The position numbers and the translations under genes are program-made. A stretch of DNA of 15,338 bases from an uncultured Candidatus Rokubacteria bacterium (GTDB lineage Bacteria > Methylomirabilota > Methylomirabilia > Rokubacteriales > CSP1-6). The stretch is from contig CAVXJS010000023.1 in assembly GCA_963762145.1 (NCBI GenBank), forward strand, positions 1 through 15,338, read 5' to 3'. This document shows positions 7,480 through 15,338 of the stretch, piece after piece; positions within the stretch are counted from its first letter, which is position 1, and each line of letters starts with the position of its first letter. The notes under the pieces are model-generated. The model worked only from the letters and a program-made list of their open reading frames with translations. It was not told the DNA's origin and made no database searches.

Positions 7480-8931
7480 CTAGAGCCCGTACTCGGCCCA
7501 GCGCCGCGTGACGAGCGCGCGGATGTCGTCGCTCATCACGATCTCGTCGGGCCAGGCCTGCCCGATGCCGTCGGCCTCCGTCTTCTCGGTGGCGTCCACG
7601 CCGAGCTTGCCGCCGAAGCGGTGGCGCATCGCCGCGTGGTCCAGGTCGTCCATCGGGCCGTCCACGATGACCAGGTCGCGCTTGGGGTCGATGTTGCCGG
7701 TGGCGCGCCAGGCGACCTCGGAGAGATCGTGCACGTTGACGTGGTCGGAGACCACCACGATGTTCTTGGCCAGCATCATCAGCCCGAGGCCCCAGAGCGC
7801 GTACATGACCTTGCGCGCATGGCCGGGGTAGCGCTTCTTGATCGAGACGATGACGAGGTTGTGGAAGACGCCCTCCGCGGGCATGTTCATGTCCACGATC
7901 TCGGGCAGCATCATCCGGATGATCGGCAGGAAGATGCGCTCGGTGGCCTTGCCCAGCCAGTAGTCCTCCTGGGGCGGGCGGCCCACGATCGTGGTCGGGT
8001 AGATCGGGTTCTTCCGGCGCGTGATCGCCCGGAGGTGGAACACCGGATAGTCGCGCGCCAGGGAGTAGTAGCCGGTGTGATCGCCGAAGGGCCCCTCGAG
8101 CCGTCGCTCGGCCGGATCCACCCAGCCCTCCAGCACGATCTCGGCCTCGGCGGGCACGTCCACGTGCACCGTCTTGCACGGCACCATCGGCACGCCCGAG
8201 CCGCGCAGCCAGCCCGCGAAGACCATCTCGTCGACGCCCGGGGGCAGGGGCGCGGAGCCCGAGTAGATCGCGCAGGGATCGCCGCCGAGCGCGATGGCGA
8301 CCTCCATCGGCTCCCGGCGCTCTTCGGCGAGGCGCTGATGCTCGGCCGAGCCCTTGTGGATCTGCCAGTGCATGCCGAGGGTCTGGTCGTCGTAGACCTG
8401 CAGGCGGTACATGCCCACGTTGCGCGCGCCGGTGACCGGATCGCGCGTGAACACCATCGGCAGCGTGATGTAGCGGCCGCCGTCGCCCGGCCAGCAGCGG
8501 AGCACGGGCAGGGAAGCGAGGGACGGCCGCTCGGTCTCGACGATCTCCTGGCACGCGGCCGAGCTCACGCGCTTGGGGCCCGCCTTGACCACGTCGAAGA
8601 GCGTGCCGAGCTTGCGGAGCTTGTCGAACACCGAGCCGGGCATGCGCAGATCGATCAGCTTCGCCACGCGCGCCGAGAGCTCGTCGAGGTGGCCGACCCC
8701 GAGCGCGGCGGCCATGCGATCGGGAGAGCCGAAGGCGTTGATCAGCACGGGCATCTCGGAGCCCTGCACGTTCTCGAAGAGCAGGGCCACGTTGTGCCCG
8801 CCCGCGCTCTTGGACACGCGGTCGGTGATCTCGGCGATCTCGAGATCCCGCGAGACCGGCGCGCTCACGCGCCGGAGCGAGCCCTGTTTCTCCAGGTGGG
8901 CGATGAACTCGCGGAGGTTTGCGAAGGCCAC
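7480..8931 (-). CDS. ubiD: UbiD-family prFMN-dependent decarboxylase (menaquinone biosynthesis, MqnL-like)
   Basis: WPGDGGRYIT, NVGMYR, MHWQIHK, EGPFGDHTGYY, GRPPQED and GGKLGVDAT; intact 483 aa; in an operon with ubiA and ubiE. Confidence 0.95.
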   Translation of the reverse strand: MAFANLREFIAHLEKQGSLRRVSAPVSRDLEIAEITDRVSKSAGGHNVALLFENVQGSEMPVLINAFGSPDRMAAALGVGHLDELSARVAKLIDLRMPGSVFDKLRKLGTLFDVVKAGPKRVSSAACQEIVETERPSLASLPVLRCWPGDGGRYITLPMVFTRDPVTGARNVGMYRLQVYDDQTLGMHWQIHKGSAEHQRLAEERREPMEVAIALGGDPCAIYSGSAPLPPGVDEMVFAGWLRGSGVPMVPCKTVHVDVPAEAEIVLEGWVDPAERRLEGPFGDHTGYYSLARDYPVFHLRAITRRKNPIYPTTIVGRPPQEDYWLGKATERIFLPIIRMMLPEIVDMNMPAEGVFHNLVIVSIKKRYPGHARKVMYALWGLGLMMLAKNIVVVSDHVNVHDLSEVAWRATGNIDPKRDLVIVDGPMDDLDHAAMRHRFGGKLGVDATEKTEADGIGQAWPDEIVMSDDIRALVTRRWAEYGL

Positions 8932-8941
8932 GCCGGTGCGC

Positions 8942-9451
8942 CTACTCGTGGTAGTAGAGCGTCACGAGCCAGCCCGCGACGATCGGGAAGACGAGGCTCG
9001 AGGCGGTGCGCACCGCCACGAAGTGCCAGCCCATGAGGGGAGCCTCCCACGCGATGATCCGCTGCATCCCGAAGAGGGACCACGCGGTCATGTAGGCCAC
9101 GAGCGGCCCGAGCGCCATCCCGGAGTTGGAGAGCACCACCAGCAGCGGCACGCTCACCATCGGTCCGCCCGGCGTGATCACGCCCGCGATGCTCGCCATG
9201 CAGATGGCGCCGAAGCCGGACTGGCGGCCGAAGTAGCGCGCCACCGTGTCCTGCGGGATCACCACCTGGAGCATGCCGGCCAGGATGAGCGCGGGGACGA
9301 GGCGCGGGATGATGAACCAGAGGAGAGCGAGGCCGTTGCGGGCGCCGAGGAGCGGGAGGCCCGGGTCCTTCACGTAGGCGACGATCGCGAATACGACGGC
9401 GAGCGAGGAGAGAATCAGGAAGGAGACATCGAAGATTCCCCCTCGCGGCAT
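8942..9451 (-). CDS. Predicted permease (ArsP_1/DUF318-like half-size membrane protein, 169 aa)
   Basis: ATG 9451 MPRGGIFDVSFLIL...; about 5 hydrophobic segments; GVITPGGPMVSVPL and GPLVAYMTAWS motifs. The track ORF 8942..9952 is over-extended into the kinase antisense. Confidence 0.8.
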   Translation of the reverse strand: MPRGGIFDVSFLILSSLAVVFAIVAYVKDPGLPLLGARNGLALLWFIIPRLVPALILAGMLQVVIPQDTVARYFGRQSGFGAICMASIAGVITPGGPMVSVPLLVVLSNSGMALGPLVAYMTAWSLFGMQRIIAWEAPLMGWHFVAVRTASSLVFPIVAGWLVTLYYHE

Positions 9452-9457
9452 GGCGGC

Positions 9458-9481
9458 ATTATACGTCAGGTGGGCTATACT
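9458..9481. promoter_or_regulatory. Back-to-back -10 boxes: TATAAT (minus strand, leaderless permease operon) and TATACT (plus strand, kinase)
   Basis: Minus-strand TATAAT at 9463-9458 is exactly 6 nt before ATG 9451. Plus-strand TATACT at 9476-9481 lies upstream of ATG 9516. Confidence 0.55.
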
Positions 9482-9515
9482 GACCGAGCGTCGGCGGTAC
9501 CGGCGCTCGATAGCG

Positions 9516-11351
9516 ATGCGCTGGGTCCTGGATTCCGTTCTCGTCGGGCTGCTGCTCGCCGCGCTCCTCGGCGGCTGGGCATTCATGCGCCGCACCGCGA
9601 GACGGGCGCAGGCGCAACGGCAGGCCGCCGAGGCCGCCGCGGAGCGACGGCAGCGTCGCCTCGAGGTGCTCGCGCAGCTCACCCTCGCCCTCTCCCAGCA
9701 GCTCGACCCGGACCGGCTGCTCCAGCAGATCACCGACGCGCTCTCCACGCTGACCGGCGCCCACAACGTCGTGCTCTGGGAGGTCGACCGGGCTGCGGGG
9801 CTGCTGATCCGGCGCGCGTGGACGACGGATCCGGCGATCGGCGAGGTCGAGCTGCCCACCTTCCTGACGATGGCGCAGGGAGGCACCGGCTGGATCGCGC
9901 GCCATCGCGAGCCGCTCTTCGTCGAAGACGTCGCGACGGATGAGCGCATCATGGCCGCTCAGTGGGCCCTGAGCCGCGACCTGGTGGCCTTCTGCGGCGT
10001 ACCGGTTGCGGCGGGCGAGGAGCTGCTCGGCGTGCTCACCATGAACCTCAAGCGCGACGGCCTGCCCCAGGGCGGTGACCGTACGCTGCTGCCCGCGTTC
10101 GCGGCGCAGGCCGCGGTGGCGATGCGCAACGCGCGCCTGTTCGTCGACAACACCCGGCTGTACGAGGAAGCGCGGCAGCGCCTGCGCGAGCTGCAGGACA
10201 CGCAGGCCCAGCTCCTGCAGGCGGGGAAGCTCTCCGCGGTGGGCCAGCTCGTTTCGGGCGTGGCCCACGAGCTGAACAATCCGCTCTCGGTGGTGATCGG
10301 CTACGGCCAGCTTCTGCTGAGCCGCGGGGTGCCGGACGACGCGCGGCGGCCCATCGAGGCGATCGTGGCGCAGGGCGCGCGCATGGCGAAGATCATCCAG
10401 AGCCTGCTGCTCTTCTCGCGGCAACGGAAGCCCGAGCGGCGCCCGGTGGAGATGAAGGACGTCGTCCGGCAGATCCTGAGCCTCCGGGACACCCAGCTCG
10501 CGGTTTCCGGCATTCTCGTGGAGACGGATTTCGCGGCGGACGTGCCGCGCGCGGAGGGCGACGTCCACCAGCTCCAGCAGGTCGCCCTGAACCTGATCCT
10601 GAACGCCGAGCAGGCCATCCTGGGCAGCGGCGTGGGGGGCCGCCGCACCGGCGACCGGATCCGCCTCACCACGAGCGCCCGGCAGACGGGCGACACGACG
10701 TGGGTCATCACGCAGGTGGCCGACAACGGCCCCGGCATCGCGCCCTCGGTGCTGCCGCGCGTCTTCGAGCCGTTCTTCACGACCAAGAAGGTCGGCGAAG
10801 GCACGGGGCTCGGCCTCAGCGTGTCGTACGGCATCGTGGAGCAGCACGGCGGGCGTCTCGCGGTGGAGAGCGAGCCCGGGCGTACGGTCTTCACGCTCGA
10901 GCTGCCTTCGGTGATGTCGGGTGGGCTCGCGGAAGATCCGGTCGCCGAGGGCCCCCGCGGGCTCGAGCCCGCGCGAGCGGTGGGGCGAGGCCGCCGGGCG
11001 CTGGTGGTGGACGACGAGCCGGCCATCGTGGAGCTGGTCACCACGGTGCTGGACGACCAGGGCTGGCATGTGGACGTCGCCTCGGGCGGCCGGGCCGCAC
11101 TCGATCGGCTGCGGGGGGCGGACTACGACCTGGTCCTCTCCGACGTGCGCATGCCCGAGGGCGACGGCGCCGACTTCTACCGCGCCGCGGTGGCGCAGCA
11201 GAAGGAGCTCGCCAAGCGGTTCCTGTTCATGACCGGCGATACCGCGAACGAGGACGCGTGGCGCGTCCTGGAGGCCACGCGCGCCCCCGTGCTGTCGAAG
11301 CCGTTCACGCCGCAGGCCCTGCTCCACGCGGTGGAGCAGGTGGGCGCTTGA
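9516..11351 (+). CDS. Hybrid sensor histidine kinase (TM-GAF-HisKA-HATPase-REC)
   Basis: N-terminal TM (VLVGLLLAALLGGWAF), GAF domain, AHELNNPL, NLILNA, DNGPGI, FEPFFTTK and GTGLGL; receiver LVVDDE, DLVLSDVRMP, MTG, KPF. Start 9516 is preferred over 9450, which overlaps the divergent start and promoter. Confidence 0.93.
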   Translation: MRWVLDSVLVGLLLAALLGGWAFMRRTARRAQAQRQAAEAAAERRQRRLEVLAQLTLALSQQLDPDRLLQQITDALSTLTGAHNVVLWEVDRAAGLLIRRAWTTDPAIGEVELPTFLTMAQGGTGWIARHREPLFVEDVATDERIMAAQWALSRDLVAFCGVPVAAGEELLGVLTMNLKRDGLPQGGDRTLLPAFAAQAAVAMRNARLFVDNTRLYEEARQRLRELQDTQAQLLQAGKLSAVGQLVSGVAHELNNPLSVVIGYGQLLLSRGVPDDARRPIEAIVAQGARMAKIIQSLLLFSRQRKPERRPVEMKDVVRQILSLRDTQLAVSGILVETDFAADVPRAEGDVHQLQQVALNLILNAEQAILGSGVGGRRTGDRIRLTTSARQTGDTTWVITQVADNGPGIAPSVLPRVFEPFFTTKKVGEGTGLGLSVSYGIVEQHGGRLAVESEPGRTVFTLELPSVMSGGLAEDPVAEGPRGLEPARAVGRGRRALVVDDEPAIVELVTTVLDDQGWHVDVASGGRAALDRLRGADYDLVLSDVRMPEGDGADFYRAAVAQQKELAKRFLFMTGDTANEDAWRVLEATRAPVLSKPFTPQALLHAVEQVGA

Positions 11352-11382
11352 CTTCGGCCCGCGCGGGCGCGTAGTAAGGCTC

Positions 11383-11655
11383 ATGATCAAGGCGGACCTG
11401 GTCGCGGCGATGGCGAAGGCTTCGGGCGGCTCCAAGGTGTCTGCCGAGAAGGCGCTCAACGCCATCCTCGATGGGGTGTTCGATTCGCTCAAGCGGGGCC
11501 GCCGGGTGACCATTGGCGGCTTCGGCACCTTCCTGGTGGGCCGTCGCGCCGAGCGCAACGGGCGCAACCCGCGCACCGGCAAGGCCATCAAGATTCCGGC
11601 CTGCCGGGTACCTCGCTTCAAGCCGAGCCGCACGCTGAAGAGCTCGGTCCAGTAG
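11383..11655 (+). CDS. hup: HU family histone-like DNA-binding protein
   Basis: MIKADLV...GFGTF...RNGRNPRTG..IKIPA..VPRFKPS..LK; 90 aa. Confidence 0.96.
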   Translation: MIKADLVAAMAKASGGSKVSAEKALNAILDGVFDSLKRGRRVTIGGFGTFLVGRRAERNGRNPRTGKAIKIPACRVPRFKPSRTLKSSVQ

Positions 11656-11685
11656 CTGCGCCCTAAGTCCGGGGCACGCCTCGCC

Positions 11686-11715
11686 TTGACACTCCGCAGC
11701 GCGCGCTCGTACAAT
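11686..11715 (+). promoter_or_regulatory. Sigma70 promoter of the tRNA-Gln/tRNA-Glu operon
   Basis: TTGACA (11686-11691), 18 bp, TACAAT (11710-11715), 12 nt upstream of the tRNA-Gln 5' end. Confidence 0.8.
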
Positions 11716-11727
11716 GGCCAGCGCTGC

Positions 11728-11801
11728 TGGGGGTTCGTCTAATGGTAGGACGCCAGGTTCTGGCCCTGGTAATGGGGGTTCGAGCCCTCCACCCCCAGCC
11801 A
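11728..11801 (+). tRNA. tRNA-Gln (CTG)
   Basis: Acceptor stem TGGGGGT/ACCCCCA, anticodon arm CCAGG-TT CTG GC-CCTGG, GTTCGAG T-loop, encoded CCA. Confidence 0.97.
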
Positions 11802-11867
11802 TTTCATGGCTTCTCCGCGCTGTGAACACGTAGGTTCGGGCGCGCGCAGCACGGTAGTCGGTCGGGC

Positions 11868-11943
11868 GGCCCCATCGTCTAGAGGCCTAGGACACGGCCC
11901 TCTCAAGGCTGAAACACGGGTTCGAATCCCGTTGGGGCCACCA
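11868..11943 (+). tRNA. tRNA-Glu (CTC)
   Basis: Acceptor stem GGCCCCA/TGGGGCC, anticodon arm CGGCC-CT CTC AA-GGCTG, GTTCGAATC, encoded CCA. Confidence 0.97.
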
Positions 11944-11956
11944 ACTTCTGAATCAA

Positions 11957-12012
11957 GGTTTTCCGGGGTTTCTCGCGCAATTCCACGACGGCGCGGGAGA
12001 CCCCGGAAAACC
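11957..12012. terminator. Long stem-loop after tRNA-Glu (terminator-like)
   Basis: 22-bp stem GGTTTTCCGGGGTTTCTCGCGC / GCGCGGGAGACCCCGGAAAACC with two G-U pairs and a 12-nt loop. No U-tract follows on the plus strand. Confidence 0.6.
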
Positions 12013-12039
12013 ACAGAATGCCCCGCAATGACCCCACCG

Positions 12040-12060
12040 AATGGAAATGAAATGGAAATG
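12040..12060. repeat. Tandem direct repeat AATGGAAATG x2 (possible integrase arm-type sites)
   Basis: AATGGAAATG at 12040-12049 and 12051-12060; also AATG(A)CCCC twice at 12017 and 12027. Confidence 0.5.
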
Positions 12061-12205
12061 GACTAGGCGGTGAAGTGGGTCGCCCAGTGGGGTGAGCAGA
12101 ACTGGGATTGGATTTGCCCGCGAGTCTAGTCCACGCAGGCGGGCCGGGACCGGGAGATCCGGGACCTGCTCGAGGCCGCGCTGAAAAAGCTAGGGGGAGA
12201 GCAGC

Positions 12206-13243
12206 ATGAATCGTCGCGCGTTCCTTAGCGCCCTGAGCGGCGGCCTCGTCGCGGCGCCGCTCGCCGCCGAGGCGCAGCCGGCAGGGAAGGCCCAGCTCGC
12301 GTCGGTTTCCTCACCTCCGAGTTCGAGATCAACCTTAGAGTCGGGGCGAGCGTCGCGTCAACCGCGAGGCTTTCACTCGGGCGGTTGCGTGAGCTTGGCT
12401 GGACGGAAGGAAAGAACCTCGTCGTCGAAAGCCGATATGCCGATGGAGCCTATGGATCGTCTTCCAGGCCCTCGCTCCTCGAACTGGTCAGTCTCCCGGT
12501 CGACGTGCTTCTTTGCCAACTCACGCTCCCGCCGCGCTGGCTGCGAAGCGCGTGACGACGTCGATCCCAGTCGTGGTTCGAGACGCTCGGCGAGCCGATC
12601 AGCGCGGGCCTCGTCTTCGAGTCTCGCCCGGCCCGAGCGGGAATCTCACGGGGATCTCAGGGGCTCGGTGCCGAGCAAGCGGGCAAGCGACTCGCGTAGC
12701 CGCTCAAGGAACTGTCTCCCGGGGCTGTCGACGTGTGAGGCTCCTGGTGAACCCGGGTGAACAGTGATGACTACGCCCACCGGGTGCGCGAGACGGAGGA
12801 AGGCGGCCACCACTTTATCGGGCTCCGAATCGACGTTCGTAGAGGTCCGTAGTCCCGAGCAGCTTCGAGAGCGCATTCGGCGAGGTCGGTGGCGACGGCG
12901 CCACGGCGATGCATTCGTCGTGCCCGAACCCGATGTTCGCTCAGCCACGGCCGTCGCATCGCAGACTCTTCGCGGCTTAAGCACCGGCTGCCCGCCGATG
13001 TACGTCGAGACGGTGTGGCGTCGAAGCGGGAGGCCTCATGACGTATAGCGCGAACAATTCGACGACTTGCGTCGACGCGTAGCGATCTACGTCGACCGGA
13101 TCCTCCGGGGCGCCAAGCCCGGCGACCTCCCGGTCGAGCAGCCCACCAAGTTCGAGCTGGTCATCAACCTCAAGACCGCGAAGGCCCTCGGCCTGACGAT
13201 CCCGCCGTCGCTGCTGCCGCGGGCGGACCAGGTGATCGAGTGA
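12206..13243 (+). CDS. ABC transporter substrate-binding protein, ABC_sub_bind (PF04392)-type, copy 1; heavily frameshifted (sequencing errors or pseudogene)
   Basis: Tat-like leader [24 protein letters not shown]; fragments [36 protein letters not shown] and [51 protein letters not shown]. Confidence 0.8.
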
Positions 13244-14224
13244 TGATCGCCGCGCATTCCTCGGCACCTCGCGGGTGCGCTCCTCGCCGCGCCGGTTGCC
13301 GCCGAGGCCCAGCAGGCAAGGAAGATGCTTTCGGATAGGCATTCTCTGGGGGAATATCCCGTTCAATGCTCCAGCGGGTGCACCTCTCCTGTGGGGCGCG
13401 TTCCGGGGGGGCTGCGGGAGCTCGGCTAGGTCGAGGGCCAGAACATCACGATCGAGTATCGAGACGCTGAGGACCAACCCGATCGGCTCCCGGCCCTTGC
13501 GGCCGAATTGGTCCGCCTCAAGGTTGACGTCATCATGTCGAGCCGGCCCCCAAGCGTGGCGGCCAAGAACGCGACCCAGACGATCCCCATCGTCATGAAG
13601 GGCGCTGGTGATCCTGTTGGCAGCGGTCTCGTCTCGAGCGTCGCGCAGCCGGGGGGGAACGTTACAGGGATGACGGACACGTGGGTACAGAGATCGGGGC
13701 AAGCGCTGGAGCTCCTCAGGCAAGCTGTACCAAGGGTCAGCCGCGTGGCCATCCTCTGGAACCCAGCCAATCAGACTTCCGCTCCTGATCTGGGAGGTGA
13801 AAGGCCGCGGCCCGAATCGTTAGGAATGCAGCTTCAGGTCGTGGCGGCGCGAGGGCCAACCAGTTTGAGGCGCATTTTCGGCGATGGCCAGAGAGCGCGT
13901 CGGAGCCCTCCTCGTGGTGCCAGACCCGATGTTCAACTCTCACCGAACACGGCTCGCAGACCTCGCAGCCAGGATCGGCTGCCAGCAATGTACGGTCAGG
14001 GAGAGTGTGGAGCCGGGGGGCTCATGTCCTACGGGCCGAACTTTCCGATCTGTTCCGGCGCGCGCCACGTACGTTGACAAGATCCTGAAGGGCGCCAAAC
14101 CCGCCGATCTGCCCGTCGAGCAGCCGACCAATTCGAGCTGGTCATCAACCTGAAGACCGCGAAGGCGCTCGGCCTGACGATCCCGCCGTCGCTGCTGCAG
14201 CGGGCGGATCAGGTGATCGAGTGA
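13243..14224 (+). CDS. ABC transporter substrate-binding protein, ABC_sub_bind-type, copy 2; heavily frameshifted
   Basis: The start overlaps the copy-1 stop (TGATG). Leader (D)[18 protein letters not shown]; [64 protein letters not shown] and ...RADQVIE*. Confidence 0.85.
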
Positions 14225-14772
14225 GCTCGCCGCGGAAGCCCGGACCAGCCATCCGCAAAGGAGAAGAACCTGGTGATGCAGTGTCCCTTCCATTCGGCGC
14301 CGGGTTCGTAGTGTCTGTCTTCGGGCATCGGCGCGGGCGGAAGTGGACGAAGCTACTCGTGGCGTTCGTCGCGGGTTTGGTATGCGGAGCGCTCTGGATG
14401 CTCCTGGTCGACACCGCGGCCAACACGATACATCCTGACACGATAAAGTGGCTGGGCAGTGCTCCTGGTCGGGATGGGGCGATGGTGCTGATGGTGGCCG
14501 TTCTCCTGTCGGTGTCCGCGACCCCAACTGACGTGGCCGGGCTCTCGATGATCGTGGTTGGCTTTCACAGTCTGGCGTTGCCGCTGGCGGCTCTCACCTC
14601 GTTTCTGCTAGCGGGCACAGCATGGTTGCCCGGTGCGAGTGCGGAGCGTGGCGCGGTAGGTCTCGGTATCGCCGGATTGCTTGTGGGGACCCTCTTGGTT
14701 CTTCTCGGGGACCGGCTCCTGAGAGTTCGCAGAATCAGACCTCGCAGAATGAGAGTTCACAGGCCCCATTGA
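14221..14772 (+). CDS. Hypothetical membrane protein (about 4 TM segments); start uncertain
   Basis: 183-aa ORF with several long hydrophobic stretches and a basic C-tail. The first GTG overlaps the SBP stop (GTGA). Weak GC3 bias. Confidence 0.55.
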   Translation: MSSPRKPGPAIRKGEEPGDAVSLPFGAGFVVSVFGHRRGRKWTKLLVAFVAGLVCGALWMLLVDTAANTIHPDTIKWLGSAPGRDGAMVLMVAVLLSVSATPTDVAGLSMIVVGFHSLALPLAALTSFLLAGTAWLPGASAERGAVGLGIAGLLVGTLLVLLGDRLLRVRRIRPRRMRVHRPH

Positions 14773-14912
14773 GTTCAGAGCATGCCGACCCGCCCCGGCC
14801 TAGTGATCCGAGAATCGGTGCTCCTGCCGACGATCAGGCTGGAGAAGGAGACGTGACGCAGGAGTAAGACGTTCCGGGCCTAAACCCGTCGCATAAGGTA
14901 TTGGAGTACGGA

Positions 14913-15134
14913 ATGAAAAAGAGCAAGAAAGCATCGGCCCGGGTCACCGCGCCGAATCAGGAAGCCGCCGCCGCCGCCGCAGCCTCCAAGATGGCCAGTC
15001 GCCGTAAAGCGGCCCGGTCGAGTGCCGTGGAGAACGTCGCCAAGCGGCAGTTCCAGAAGAGCCGGGCGACCGCGATCCAAGCCCATTCCCAGGCGCGCGG
15101 GCAACGACGCCAGGCGAAGCGGGACGCTCGGTAA
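14913..15134 (+). CDS. Small, very basic K/R/A-rich protein (73 aa)
   Basis: GGAG at 14903-14906, then ATG 14913: MKKSKKASARV...AHSQARGQRRQAKRDAR*; GC3-rich codons. Confidence 0.7.
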   Translation: MKKSKKASARVTAPNQEAAAAAAASKMASRRKAARSSAVENVAKRQFQKSRATAIQAHSQARGQRRQAKRDAR

Positions 15135-15191
15135 CGGAAAGACGCCCTCGGGGTGCGCTAACACTCACGGCGCGCAAGGAGAACCAGGACC

Positions 15192-15338
15192 ATGAGCAAC
15201 GAACAGTTCATCCAGATCAGTGTCGCAACGATGCCGAGCCAGCCACCGTATGCGCTGGTCTACGCCCTCGATGAGCAAGGGAATGTCTGGAAGCTGGTAG
15301 ATGGCGGTGTCGGCGGCGCCGCCCAGAAATGGACCACC
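15192..15338 (+). CDS. Hypothetical protein, 3'-truncated by the window edge
   Basis: AAGGAG at 15176-15181; ATG 15192 gives MSNEQFIQISVATMPSQPPYALVYALDEQGNVWKLVDGGVGGAAQKWT, open to the end. Not in the ORF track. Confidence 0.65.
   Translation, partial: MSNEQFIQISVATMPSQPPYALVYALDEQGNVWKLVDGGVGGAAQKWTT

Noticed and set aside
2096-11714. Long alternative ORFs (2096..3961+, 3965..4900+, 7417..9036+, 7343..8554-, 8573..9943+, 9459..11714-)
   Set aside because: Antisense or off-frame shadows of well-supported genes, expected at this GC content; no recognisable motifs.
12010-12065. CRISPR array or integron attC sites
   Set aside because: The repeats are only about 10 bp with no spacers. No cas or intI gene is present and no attC-like structure was recognised.
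11305-12066. ORFs 11305..11829-, 11739..12014- and 11806..12066+
   Set aside because: They overlap the two tRNA genes and are typical tRNA-shadow translations.

Overview
High-GC bacterial window whose style and SBP family resemble Candidatus Rokubacteria/Methylomirabilota (inference only). Many single-base indels break otherwise intact genes and look like long-read errors. From left to right: a lower-GC DUF3800-like gene running off the left edge (missing from the ORF track); a citrate synthase preceded by phased AATCAA repeats; a minus-strand queE-queC-nuoE/nuoF-like diaphorase operon; a small divergent hypothetical gene; a permease-ubiD-ubiA-ubiE (futalosine-type late menaquinone) operon; a GAF hybrid histidine kinase; HU; tRNA-Gln(CTG) and tRNA-Glu(CTC). 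After tRNA-Glu comes an accessory, island-like region with two tandem orphan ABC_sub_bind-type SBP genes and small hypothetical genes. The most notable items are (1) an ~82-89 bp double-hairpin palindromic element present once between genes and once at the NuoE/NuoF junction, where it is translated; (2) a NuoEF module with no catalytic partner, placed behind queE-queC; and (3) cassette-like SBP genes with nearly identical 3' ends, sitting behind a tRNA 3' end with att-like arm repeats.
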